Source: Pocillopora damicornis
Taxonomy: Eukaryota
Reading direction: 5' to 3'
Length of the DNA stretch: 64,000 bases
Assembly (NCBI RefSeq): GCF_003704095.1
Contig: NW_020845097.1
Coordinates: forward strand, 248,001-312,000
The first letter of the stretch is position 1; each line of letters begins with the position of its first letter. Under the pieces are notes generated by a model. The model had not been told where the DNA came from, ran no database searches, and saw nothing but the letters and a program-made list of their open reading frames with translations. Below are positions 12,001 to 23,400 of this stretch, one piece after another. The translations under genes were made by a program, and so were the position numbers.

Positions 12001-13455
12001 AAATTTGATTTTCATAAAATATTTAATGAAATTTTCAACAGGATGCAACTGGTGGACATGGTGCAGATGTTATTGTTGAAATGCTGGCAAATGTCAGTTT
12101 GGCCAAAGATCTTCAACTTGTTGCCATCAAAGGCCGCATAGGGGTATGTCAGCACTGCTTGTGACAATGAAACCATCTGTGCTTAGTTGTTTCCAAGTTA
12201 ATCAGTATCAGAAAAAAATTTGTCAATCAATATATGAAACAATTTGTCAATTAAAGGCAAATCAATTTACCTGCCAGTCAGTTAATCAATCAATCTATGT
12301 ATCTTTGAAACCCTTTGTCAATCAATTGCCCAGTCAACCAATTGATCAATCAACTCATCAATGGATTGATTGATCAATAAGTTAATCAATCAAATAATCA
12401 ATCAATCAGTCAGATTGTCAGTCAGTCAGCTTGACAGTCAGGCAGACCACAGGTCAGCAAATCTGTCTATCCATTCATGCATCTACCAGTCAGTCAGGTT
12501 TACAGCCAGCTAATTAGTTAGTCACTCTTTTTTATTTTGAAATTGTGCAAGAACAAAATGTTTATTTCTTCAATTTATAATTGCTGTTATGGTCTCCCAG
12601 CTTAGGAAAAGATGAAAATTAAGGCCTAAAATCAGTCTTGGTGTGAACCTTTCAGGTTGTTGGCAACAGAGGTACAACTGAAATAAATCCAAGAGAAACC
12701 ATGGCTAAGGAATCCAGTATTGTTGGTGTTATGTTAGGTAAAGCTGGTGAGGTAAGAAATACATCAAAGAGTCATTTTAATGCTAACCTATAATTTGCTT
12801 CAATTTTCTGAAATAATACATGAAAATTATGCATGCACGCATTTACCTCTTGAAAAGTGTTGCAGATCAAGCTAAGTGATTGTAAGCCAGAGAAAGTTCA
12901 GACTATGCTGGTTTTACAGTAGTTGGACACAAATGGGCGAAAAAAATTGGAAGGGTTCTGAGGAAGAGTCACAATGGAAAGAGTCTGCCCTTCCCTCTAC
13001 TCAGGCTCCCCTTGTTTTTTTTTCTTGCTTGCCTCACATTTCCCTCAGCCTCCAAACTGGCTGGCTGAGCATGTCAGCGAGAGGTGGGTTGACCCATGTA
13101 GTACATCCTGGCAGAGCTTTGCCCAGTTACAGTTGTGTGATGTCCCTAGGAGTTGTACCACCACCCCCCCTCCCCCCTACTTTCCTGAATGAGATGCTGG
13201 AGTCTCCCATATTCCAAATCAAGTCAAAGGTATAAATTGTATTTGTTTATTTTTTTATTTATTCTTTTTTTTTTACACTTTTGCCTTCTTTAGGAGGAGA
13301 AACAAGAAATAACAGCAGCAATAGCAGCAGGGCTCAAGGCAGGGTTTCTTAGTCCAGTGGTTGGACACGAATACTCATTACACCAAGCATCAGAGGCACA
13401 TAGAGATATTATAGAGAGCAAAGGAGCCAGGGGAAAACTAGTCTTACTTACATAA
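9052..13455 (+). CDS. CRYZ: NADPH:quinone oxidoreductase / zeta-crystallin (MDR family), 322 aa
   Basis: Exons 9052-9141, 9550-9702, 10240-10403, 11000-11051, 11734-11883, 12042-12143, 12656-12751, 13294-13455 (969 nt). Motifs [60 protein letters not shown]. Confidence 0.93.
12200..12500 (+). repeat. Degenerate (AATC)n/(GTCA)n tetranucleotide tract in CRYZ intron 6
   Basis: Many AATC/GTCA units visible. Confidence 0.7.
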
Positions 13456-13764
13456 TCAAAATATGTGGTGTGTGGCCTCATTACTAACTGTGGATGGTCC
13501 CCCAGTGATGACAGGTTGCAAAAGCCCATTTTTTGAGGGTTGGGATTCAAAGTTTCAAATTGTCAATGGAGTGTGAGTATTTTTTTTATATTTCTATGTG
13601 GTGGATTATGTGAAGTGAGCTAGTGGGTATTCGAAAATGGTATAGAGGTCACATTTAAATTAAGTTGTAAGGATAGTGATGATTTAGTGGAACCGATGGG
13701 GGTAACTTTGACTGTTCTGTTGTCTGATAAAGCATAGTGAATTAAAAAATGAGTTGTGCACAGG

Positions 13765-13900
13765 TGTTTTAGGTGGAAAGTTCAAGGTATGGTTTCTTAG
13801 TTCAGTGAATTGCTTGAATATTGATACTAGTTGTATCAAGCTTCAGAAGCTCATAGAGATATCACGAATGGTAAAATAGGAGAGCTAGTCCTATGAACAT
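13765..13900 (+). pseudogene. Decayed copy of CRYZ last exon
   Basis: GGTTTCTTAGTTCAGTG...CAAGCTTCAGAAGCTCATAGAGATATC...CTAGTCCTA parallels GGTTTCTTAGTCCAGTG...CAAGCATCAGAGGCACATAGAGATATT...CTAGTCTTA of exon 8. Confidence 0.7.
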
Positions 13901-13943
13901 ATTTTAACAAACAACATTGTACAAGCCACTATTAATGTATAAT

Positions 13944-14107
13944 AAAACAATTATTGAATTTGGTTTTTGCACGATATCTTGAATTATCAAACCTTGTATT
14001 TTACTGTGTAATCAGCCTCACCAAGCTTTTGGCTTTGGCAGAAAACTCAGACCTCGGCATTGATAATTTATGATAGCCTGCTCAACCTCATCCAATAATC
14101 GTCTATT
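13944..14107. mobile_element. Imperfect palindromic MITE
   Basis: AAACAATTATTGAAT... versus ...ATCCAATAATCGTCT inverted ends, with internal GAATTATCAA/TTGATAATTT. Confidence 0.55.
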
Positions 14108-14722
14108 GTATGGACACAAATGTGTGAAGTGAGAGAGGCTTAGAGCTAGATTGCACTAAATTTGTGAACAACAGTTGGTAAATTAAAATATTTTCTTCAA
14201 GCTCCATGTGACACATGATAAATTTGATTAAAAGAGTGTTATGTATGGGATAATAAGTATAGAACTATAGCAGCATAGACAATGAAAATAAATTCCAAAA
14301 AAAGGTTGGAAATAGATTTGTAATTTTTCAGGATATTGTGATACAATTATAATTTTGTTATGACTCCTTCTGCTATTTATACATGTATAAATAGCAGAAA
14401 CAGAAAACAGAAACAAACCTAATCCTAGTCAATTGAGAGATGGCAAACACATTGGTCAAGAATCTGTGCATCTATGAATGTTGTATTTGTTGGGTGGCAT
14501 GCTTTCTGGCTATAAGAACCAAGTCGTTTTAATGCAGGAGTTGTAAACAACTGTCTGTTTTAGTAATTATAAGTCATTGTAAATCTGTGAAACTGAAAAT
14601 GATAAATTTACAGGACACTAGTAACTATATAAGCTATTTGTTTGATAAAGCTTGGGTTTTCCTTTTCCCCTTACTTTGTTTTATTTTAAGATTTCTATTA
14701 TCTGTCCATTTTGATTACGGCA

Positions 14723-14830
14723 TTTTGCGCGACAGCGGTTCTCTCAGGTGTCTCCTTCCTAAAATTTGCGCGGGAAATTGGTTCGCAGACGGTCAGACTT
14801 GATTCCTTGCGCATGCCCGACGTCTGACCA
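14723..14830. promoter_or_regulatory. CpG-rich promoter-like segment with E2F-like and NRF1-like motifs
   Basis: TTTGCGCGGGAAA near 14765 and TGCGCATGC near 14808, within otherwise CpG-poor DNA. Confidence 0.35.
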
Positions 14831-15577
14831 CCGCGTTTAACTGCCAGGGCTCAACGCAGAAAGCAAAGAACTGGGTTCAAGAATCATTTCACAGTTGGTC
14901 GAGTCATACACTCTACGAGAAGAAGGCAAAGAAAAAAAAAACAAACCCAAGAGTTACAAAAAAAAAAACATAAAGGCGAGTATACTTAGTTGTTTGCATT
15001 TTGTTGCATGTATCTAAGATATCAATTGCGGTAGCTGGAAGTTGCAGCCGTGTTAGTTTTGACCAAGCTGGAAGACAATGACCAGTACTGTAAGAGAGAC
15101 TTCGCAGCCTGGCCAGCGACCTTCGTAACCAAACAAAAGGATTTCTGCAACAGTACTGAAGGAAATGAAAGCAATTCGAGCCTCTTCTCTCGGGGGCCTG
15201 AAGGCTTAAAGCTAGATTTAACTACACCAGTTCTGATACTCCTGTTTCAAGGAGCAGCTAGCCGGAGTTATTTTCGTATTTGTTTCAACACGTTCTGAGG
15301 GCGCGTGGTCCGACCGGAGAGCTTCATGTTTACTGTCGACCCTTCTTACAACTTTGACCAGATCTAGATTAATGTCATATGTAAGAGTTTGTGAGTAAAT
15401 GTTGAGGTGGTTAATTTTTTTTTCTACGTCCACAAATACGCAACAAAGTGTGTTTCCGGCATCTAAATTTTAGATAAATTGTTCTGAGATCGTAGACTTC
15501 TTTTTATTACCCTCCTAAATCCATTATTTTGAATTATTACATTAAGCATAATGAAAAATGTTTCTAGAGGTGAGCGA

Positions 15578-16422
15578 GTGGATATGCTAGCGAGTGTCAG
15601 TTGGGCTGATGGTATTGAGTTGGCTGTGTATTAAGGGTGCATAGGTGTATCTCCCTTTTGCATTAACATACAGAAAGTAATGTTGTGCTATATCATGACA
15701 TGCACTGGGCTGTTCTCTGGCGAAGCATGGGAGACAAACTTTTGTGTCTTGGTGACTTGTATAATCTCACCTTTAGGACAGCTTTCAGAGCTGGGCACCC
15801 AATACTTCTCAGGGAGATGTGGTGGCTATTTGGTTAGTGCCTTGGACTCCAGGTTAAGAGGTCTGGGTTTGAGACTGGGTGAGGTCAACATGCTGTTTTC
15901 TCAGCCAAAACACTTTGCTCTCATAGTACCGGTACCTCTCTCCTCAGGAGTATGAATGAGTGCTGGCAAATTGTCAGGGAAGCCTGATGAAATTCTGGGG
16001 GTAACTTCAGTTACTTGACTAGATCTGTATGGATGTTACTTTTACCCAAGACTTCTAAGACAAAAGCCTTCAGGCCCCTTGACAGGACAGTGTGATTTTT
16101 CTACAAGCATACATGTATCTTTCATGTTGATCAACAACATAAGTTGGCTGGGGGGTATTTCAGCATCTCCAGCAGCTTAAACCCTTCATAGTCATGCACA
16201 AGGACATGTGACTGTTTGTGACTTTCTTATAAATAATTTGTTCCCTTGGAGCTATAATACTTGCTGCTAAATGCCTTTTACACTTACAGTTAATGAGTTA
16301 CGTTGTGTCCTACTTTATATTTTTAGGTTGTTGGAAGTGGAGGTAGTGGCAATAATGCAATAGGGCAGGTTTGAAGGAAGGCTATATTTGTTATGAATAT
16401 CAGTTTAGTCAAGCTGCTTATG
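15578..16422 (+). pseudogene. Remnants of a CRYZ paralog (exon 6 copy 15578-15646; exon 7 copy 16327-about 16422)
   Basis: VDMLASVSWADGIELAVY*GCIG|gt versus [23 protein letters not shown]|gt; TTTAG|GTTGTTGGAAGTGGAGGTA...AAGGAA...AAGCTG versus TTCAG|GTTGTTGGCAACAGAGGTA...AAGGAA...AAGCTG. Confidence 0.7.
15812..16005 (+). mobile_element. tRNA-derived CORE-type SINE (degenerate)
   Basis: tRNA-like head GGTGGCT..TGGTTAGTGC..GACTCC..GGGTTTGAG, then core AAAACACTTTGCTCTCA...CTCTCTCCTCAGGAGTATGAATGAGTGCTGGC. Confidence 0.7.
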
Positions 16423-17327
16423 CACACATGGATATTACAGAATGCAAAGGTGCTAAAGGAGAATAATTATTATTATTGGTCTTGGTTGTTCAGTAGGAAA
16501 GTATGTGTTAGGCAGTTACATGTACCTACATGTAGTGGCATTTTAGAATTTTTCTCTGCTTATTAATATTGTATTTTTTAATACCTCAAACAATTCTGAT
16601 TTTGATAGAAATGTTGACCACAAACTGTGGCCAACTACTGCAATTGGTCTGTATTTAACATTTTGCAGTGACACATGTGTAAAGATTCTTCCTGAATTGG
16701 AAGCAAGCATTTAGCAAACAGATAATGAGTGGGTATTTTTCAACAAAGCAGGCTGAATTATATTTCATCATATGTTTTAGTACATTGTGTAAAATTAGTT
16801 TTGTTATGAATGAGAATTTCTGTTATGAAAGGTCTCTGTTGATGTTTTATTATAATTTATATCAAGACAATTATAAAATGTTGTTTTAGTGGGTAAATGT
16901 ATGTTCTCTCTGTTAATGCAAATGTTGCACTAGTCTCCAGTTATTAACCAGTTAACATGAGTGGTATTTCAATATATGGGAGGTGTAGTGTCACAGAATG
17001 ATTTTTAATTTGTTTATTTACAACCAAAATGCATTTGTACAAATACCAATTACCTTTCTTCAACTGTCTGCTCTTTTTTGTTTGTTTTATTTTCTTTTCC
17101 TATTGTTTGTGATTTTGTTTTCATGTCTCTTTACAAATCTTTTATGTTTTAAAATTGGGTTGTACACATACAAAATTGTTACAAAATAATATTATAACAT
17201 AGCTAGTAAATTTGTCTAATCAAATTCAATTGCACAAGCGTGCTTCATATTCCTAATGTGCATGGACATGACGTCAGCAAACAAATCCCTCGAGAAAAAA
17301 TTTTTCATCAGGTTGAAAATGTTATAA

Positions 17328-17517
17328 AACAATTGGTTCATATGTCAGCTGTGCGTTCATCAATATATGAAGCACTTGGGAAGTTTGGAGGGCACTCAAG
17401 AAGCTAGAGTTGCTCTTGGCTACACCTTGAGCAACTCTTATGCATCTTTCGTGCTCTCCAAACTTCCCACATGCTTCATATCTCGATGAACACATGCTGA
17501 CGTATGAACCAATTGTT
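17328..17517. mobile_element. Palindromic MITE (190 bp)
   Basis: AACAATTGGTTCATATGTCAGC...GCTGACGTATGAACCAATTGTT; hairpin over almost the whole length. Confidence 0.85.
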
Positions 17518-18420
17518 AACTGTGATGCATAAAAATACGGCTTGCGATCTTAAAAGGAAGTAAAGGTAAAAAGGTAAATTTTTTTAATTTGCAGTCAGTT
17601 AGTTACAAGCAGCAAACTGCAAATACAAAATAATAATCAATTACAATAATATGTTCTTTTTTTGTTCGTTTTTTTTATTTTTTTAGAATAATGTAGGTGC
17701 TCTATGGTTTTTATAATAACTAATTTCAACAATGTTTTTTATGTTTGGTTATGACATATTCCAAGAAGATTGTTTTAAGCATAGTAAAAAAGCTTGAAAC
17801 ATTCTCAGGTTTAATTTCACAACTAAAATATGATGACCATTCATCTATCATTACTGCAAATTACTGTTGTAATCATTGTTGTGCTTATTAAATGTCTTCA
17901 AACCCCTTAACCCTTTTACAAAAATATGAATCTCAAAAAATTGTTATAATTTACTGTATCAGAAGCATAGGTAATGTGCTTCTTTCTCTACACCATTACT
18001 TATTTCATATACACTAATGTACAAAGTCATGTACTTTGTAAATTCATCTATTTTAACTTTTGAGATGTAACCTGTTGTATCATCACATAATGGACAGTCT
18101 TAATTCCTTAGAGACAAAAATGTGATCAGGTTGAATGATTTGTTTACATTTACTTCTTCCTCAAAATTCTAAACTATTTTCAGATGTAAGTGGTTTTGAT
18201 TGGCCCCATACAGGGGGCTGTAAATTATTATTCATAAACCCCAGAGTCTTCACCAAGTGAATTTGAAACTACATAATATTGTACATGCACAAGTGTATGA
18301 CTTTTTTTGTACTCTGAGTATTTATGTTATGATACATGTAGTGTAAGAGCTCTCAGTTATTATCACCATCCACTTCATACGCTTTAAGTTCTGTTTACTT
18401 TCTTTTTGAAGGCACATCAT

Positions 18421-21400
18421 TTACCTCCTTGCACTGCGCAAATGTTGATGGATACGCAAAGCAACCTCTGGAAGCTGCACCTCTGGGCTCCTTAGGGTGT
18501 CCATAAGGTCAATAATTGTGAATTCCGGGTGTGTCGCTTTGATTGTTTCCAACAGTTGTCCAGTAGCAGGCTTTTCCATGGACTTTAAGTTTTCCCAGTA
18601 ATTAAGGTTATCCTGATTTACCCCCAGTACCTTGCCCACTTTTTTCCAGCCGTATTGTCCACTGCACGTCACTTCAAGTGTCTTTACGATTATGTCCTCA
18701 AGATCAGGCGATATGTCTGATAAACGAACACCTGCAATTTTTAAGAACATTTTGTCAAGTTAGTGACTAAATATTGCTCATTACGGACTGCGGCTGTGGG
18801 TTCTATAGATTTATGGAGAAGTTGTGGTTTTATAATCACTTTTGCTTTACAAGAAAAACTCGAATTATCACACTTGTTTTCATCGTGTAACAATTTGGTT
18901 TAGTTTATCATAGAATCATTATGAATAAAAGATTAGCACTCTGTTTTGAAATTATGATGACTAACTTTCAAGGTCAGAAGTAGTTGTGTATTCCTTTGAA
19001 AGTGTGCCTTCCAAATTGCCTCTGTTAAGGGTGACTCCTTGATAGAGACCTAAAAAAAAGTACAAAGACAATAAAGATATTTTAAGTAACTCAAACGTTT
19101 TACTTTCGCTTTCCTTGGACCCTCGCAATGGAACTTAACTAGTGCCATCTATTGTTTGCATTGAGCATGGGTATTTTTTGTGCATAATGTTATGCGTAAT
19201 TGGTGCCTACACGTATGGCTTTTCCTGTTAGACCAGAGCCGGCCATACGAACTTGTTGTGATTTGTGCTTGTCTGTGTAGTAGTTTTGGTCCTGGTTGAA
19301 TGAATGGCCTAATCTCGTTCAGTACAGATGAAAATAGTGATCACAGTCATTACTACGTAGAGATGAAGACATCATTCGCGCTTAACGTGTTGCTACTTTT
19401 GAATGAACATGAAGACCTTTTTTCTGATAAAAAACCGTTGAGTTCAACTAAAGTCTCACGAATGACCTCTGATTGTTGAAAATCATCAATCGCCGTAATT
19501 AACTATTGATATCTAACTACTACGTACCCTTTACGTGCTAATTGTACCCCCTCATGTTAGACACTGACTACTCCTCTTGTTTTGATTCTTCCATACATCT
19601 TTTCCTGGTAATATTCTCATAATTACTGAGGTAAAGTTAACCAAATGTTTCTAATACACCATGGGAAATTAGAGTATTCTGATCAAAGATATGAATGCCG
19701 GCGTTTCTTAAAGTTTACTTGTAGTAGTGTAATTTTTAACTATTCTTCTTTCGTTCCAATATCTAAGCCCCGTTGTATGTCGTTTTGTTTATCAAGTTTA
19801 CTTTCTTACCGGTTTGATATGTATTATCTCCCAAAAGCGACTTGTATTCTTCTGCACTTGTCGGATTTATCTTTATACAACAAATCACTTCACACCTACT
19901 TTGCCTTTTACAACAGAAGCATGCTATCATCACGCTCACTGAAATCAGCGCCAAAATAAGTATGGCTACAAGTACAGTTAGAGTTTTCACAAGTGTTGTG
20001 AAGTTTATTCCAAAGTAATTTGAAGCGGTTTGAAGTTTTGTCTCCGTAACATTCATTTCTTTGGAAGTGGTTCCAAAGCTCTCGTTTGAATGTTTGGCGT
20101 TAGCTACTGCAGTGCGCGAAATGCTTGGAAGCGAAGGGGTTTGTTCGGTAGCCATTTCATTTCCACTTCTTTCCAGGGCTTGTTGAACCTCTCGTGTAAC
20201 CCTCGTTCTTTTTAACATCTCCTGTACATTAAATGCCGATTTTGATGGGTTTTCTGAAGTGTTACTGCTACGGACATTTTGAATTGGCCCTGAGTTTGAG
20301 GGTGTCTTTCTCTTGGGAGTGTTAAGCCTCGGGGGATATAAAATCAACATTTGAGGATCGCTTCCCTTGGTTTTTATTTCTAGGGTGCAGTTTGTTCTTA
20401 AACATTGCCCTAGATTAATACACTCCAATGTAGCAAGGCGTTTCGTCCCGCAACACTTAAAACATTTTTTGCAAACATTTTCTGTCTTATTCCAAGGATA
20501 CGTTCCACGAGGGCAGGGTCCACATCGTGCATTTTTCCAAGCTAAACATGGACTGATGGTTTGTTTCGGACTACATTTCTGGCATGGGAGACAAATGCCT
20601 CGGCCTTGGCTATCCTTGTAGGCATTCGACGGGCATACTGTGCAAGCTATCACGGCGTTTTGCTGTATTTTGCTACCACATGGTGGAGTAAGTTGTCGCC
20701 CTGGGGGACAATCAGAGCAAGGTTGGCATCTGATTGTCGTATTCTGTTTACCAAGAATTTGGTATGATAACGCTGGGCATGTTCTATCTGGATAGCTGTT
20801 AGCTTGGGGAAGGTTCCAAAGAGTCCAAACCTGTTTAAGTGGATAGTAAGAGGTGAACATACGGCCAGACATTGCACTCTGTCCATTAGATATGACTCAC
20901 TTCTGAAATGGATGCAGTCGAACCTGTATTAAGCGGTCATTCACGGAGAATGGCGGGGTAATGGCGGAACCGCTTAATAAAGGGTTGACTGCCAAATACA
21001 GGTTCCACAGAATAGCATAGGGGTCCAACGCCATAAAAACCGCCATTTTGTAGTAATAGTCACAAGAGGAAAGATTATGTTTATTGCGCTGAGACATCTA
21101 CAATCAAAAGTGTCAAATTGATTTCGGGATATAAACATTGTACAAATTCGAATCGAGAGATTATTCTTAGTTTTATTTAAGTGGTTTTGGATTAAGTGAC
21201 CATTGGGTAAAAGTAAATGACAACGCAAACAGGCCATGGGGGACCACGACCACTTAATAGAGGCGGCGTCGACAAAATCGATCTGTGAAAGTGACTACAT
21301 GGAGTTTTGGGGCGGAAAACTTTCAAATGGGCCTGCCCTCCATTATGTCTCGCAGACTCTATTTTGGCTTGTTACATAGCATCTCTAATTTTTATTGAAT

Positions 21401-22984
21401 AGAATTTAATTTTTCATTCCCTCGATCCGTGATCCGATTCGTGAGGTTTTTGGGCCGAAAAAAATAAAAATTTCAGTTGGACCTGCGCTCAATTATGTCA
21501 CGCGACTTTATTTTGGCTTGTCACGCAAAATTTTAATTTTATTTAACATGATCCGATCCGTGATCCGATCCGTGATCCGATCCGTGATCCGATCCGTGAT
21601 CCGGTCCGATCCTGGTTCTGTTGGCGCCGCAATAGAAGTGAAAATGACGGTACTCACGGTGACAGCTTAATACGATCCCGCTTAATACAGGTTGAGCTGA
21701 ACATCCTCTCAACACCTTTATCTCAAATGACATCAACTCGGTCAAGTAAAAGCAGTTCGTGGCCCACAGCATATCCTTATACGTTGCTCAGTTTTTAAGA
21801 AGAGAAGGCAAACAGGATGCAGCGAATCGCCATTTCCGAGCGCAAATGACGAGCACGTGATTTTCCAAATGGTACTTTGCCCTTTCGCTTAATATGGACG
21901 GTCTCATGATTATCATGAGTGATTGTGATCCTTTCACCATTTCCATGTGACTGATGTCGAATCGCTTTCTGAATTGCTAGTTCGGAGAATTAACGATATT
22001 AAGAGTGTCTGTAACCAGACCACGAGATGCCGCCGAGAGGCGAAATAAAATGTATCTAAACGAAAGGTGTACTTGAAACATCAAACCTTAATCACAACAT
22101 CCTGCTTTAAAATAGCGTGAAACGGAAGGTATTTGAGTGCATGTAATTGTTTCCGTGACTTACTCGATGTATTTTGTCAATTTGTCTCAAGTTGTTCAAT
22201 TCATGAAGCGCGCAGATTGTGGAAAAAAGGTAAGTTATCACTTACAAAGCAAGTTATGAAGGCAATAGCGATAAACTTCCTGATAAGCTCCAGAATCTTT
22301 GTAGACCACCAAATAGATAGCTTTACCCTGTCAAATTTTATCGTGTAAATAGGATCTGCTTTTAACTGTATGCCTCTTGAATTTGTGGGAAGTATTGAAT
22401 CCTGCAATTAGAAAAGAACGACAGTGGTGCATTAAAGTTTAGCAACGTGACATCGACCGAGGAGTACAGCTGGCGAGGAACTTGAGTTCGAGGTGCTGAC
22501 ATTTTAGAGACATAAACGATCCAAGAAGTCTTTGATAAGTCATCGTCCACTATGCATGTATATGTAGGCGTAACCTACAAATTGTTATTATTGGTGGATT
22601 GACGATAGAACTGATAAACGTCAAGCAGCATTTAGCGTTACGTCCTTGATTGCACAGCCTAGAGTATCGTATATCTATGTTCATATGTTAATGTGCTTCC
22701 TTCTACAAATATTTAAAATACATGTCACCCTCTTTGGAATCACGAAACTTGATTTGAGCCAATATCAGCCCATTTTGTTCAGTCCTTAGATTCTTTTCAC
22801 TTAAATGTAACGGCACATATGTCTGTAGCAGCACGATTTCTAGGGCTTAAAGCTTGAATCAAATTAAAATTAGTATATGCAAGATGTAAATATAAAGCGC
22901 AGAGTTTAAATATGTTTTCAGAGTTATGTTACGCTCTTATTAGTAATCGCTAATGGAGACTGATACCTTATGATGTTTCCCCAT
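18421..22984 (-). CDS. TNFR-A: TNF receptor superfamily member, EDAR/TROY-type CRDs, TM, death domain (529 aa)
   Basis: Exons 22967-22984 (MGKHHK), 22246-22401, 19810-20830, 18966-19049, 18421-18731; 1590 nt in frame. CQPCSDCPPGRQLTPPCG...; TM LTVLVAILILALISVSVMIA; DD LEV...GWKKVGKVLGV...PATGQLL...TIIDLMDTL. Confidence 0.85.
20913..21695. mobile_element. DNA-transposon MITE (CAGTCGAACCTGTATTAAGCGG ends) interrupted by a nested element
   Basis: Left GAACCTGTATTAAGCGG, right CCGCTTAATACAGGTTGA; related copy at 38397-38856. Confidence 0.7.
21265..21628. mobile_element. Nested TIR element containing a 12-bp minisatellite (ATCCGATCCGTG)n at 21549-21612
   Basis: Ends GGCGTCGACAAAA / CTGTTGGCGCC; internal direct duplication and about 4.5 tandem 12-mers. 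Confidence 0.55.
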
Positions 22985-23085
22985 TTGACTGTTGTGAACT
23001 AAACGATTATTCAATGACTTGTTCGACGTAAAAACCAAATCTTCGTCAACCTATTTACCGAATGCCTCGCGTGATCGAAGCACAA

Positions 23086-23134
23086 GAAATCGAAACTATT
23101 GCCCATTCCTTTACAGGCATTTTGGGGACTCCCC
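23086..23134. promoter_or_regulatory. ISRE/IRF-like (GAAATCGAAACT) and kB-like (GGGGACTCCCC) sites upstream of TNFR-A
   Basis: Match to GAAANNGAAACT and GGGRNNYYCC, 100-150 nt upstream of the ATG; IRF-like position conserved in TNFR-C and TNFR-E. Confidence 0.5.
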
Positions 23135-23149
23135 TTTGGTATCATAGCA

Positions 23150-23400
23150 ACAGAAGCTGAAAAAGCTGTTAGGCTCTGGTGGTTTTGCTTGTTGAAGGAT
23201 TCCATTAAAGCTCTTCCGACAATGTCCGCTTGTTCGGGATCGAGTGGTCTGATCGCTGATTCAACTTTAGCCATAATCTCTGTAGCAGGTATGAAGTAAG
23301 AAGTTACGACGAACTTCAGGCCTTTCTTCAGTAGGGCAGTCTCGGAGTCGCTAAGGGACTTAGAAGATAATCACGCAATCCAAAACTTCCTGAAGTACTT
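23150..23400 (-). mobile_element. Penelope-like retroelement ORF fragment
   Basis: Minus-strand translation LSSKSLSDSETALLKKGLKFVVT..IPATEIMAKVESAIRPL resembles the PLE pre-RT LSxxxLT.....LxKGLxF motif. Confidence 0.5.

Noticed and set aside
16327-16368. VVGSGGSGNNAIGQ resembling the FtsZ/tubulin glycine loop
   Set aside because: Better explained as a decayed copy of CRYZ exon 7
21549-21612. CRISPR-like array or DHGS-repeat protein
   Set aside because: Spacerless 12-bp minisatellite in a eukaryotic intron
22246-22401. TNFR-A apparently lacking a start codon
   Set aside because: An in-frame ATG lies in the upstream exon 22967-22984 and is conserved in paralogs
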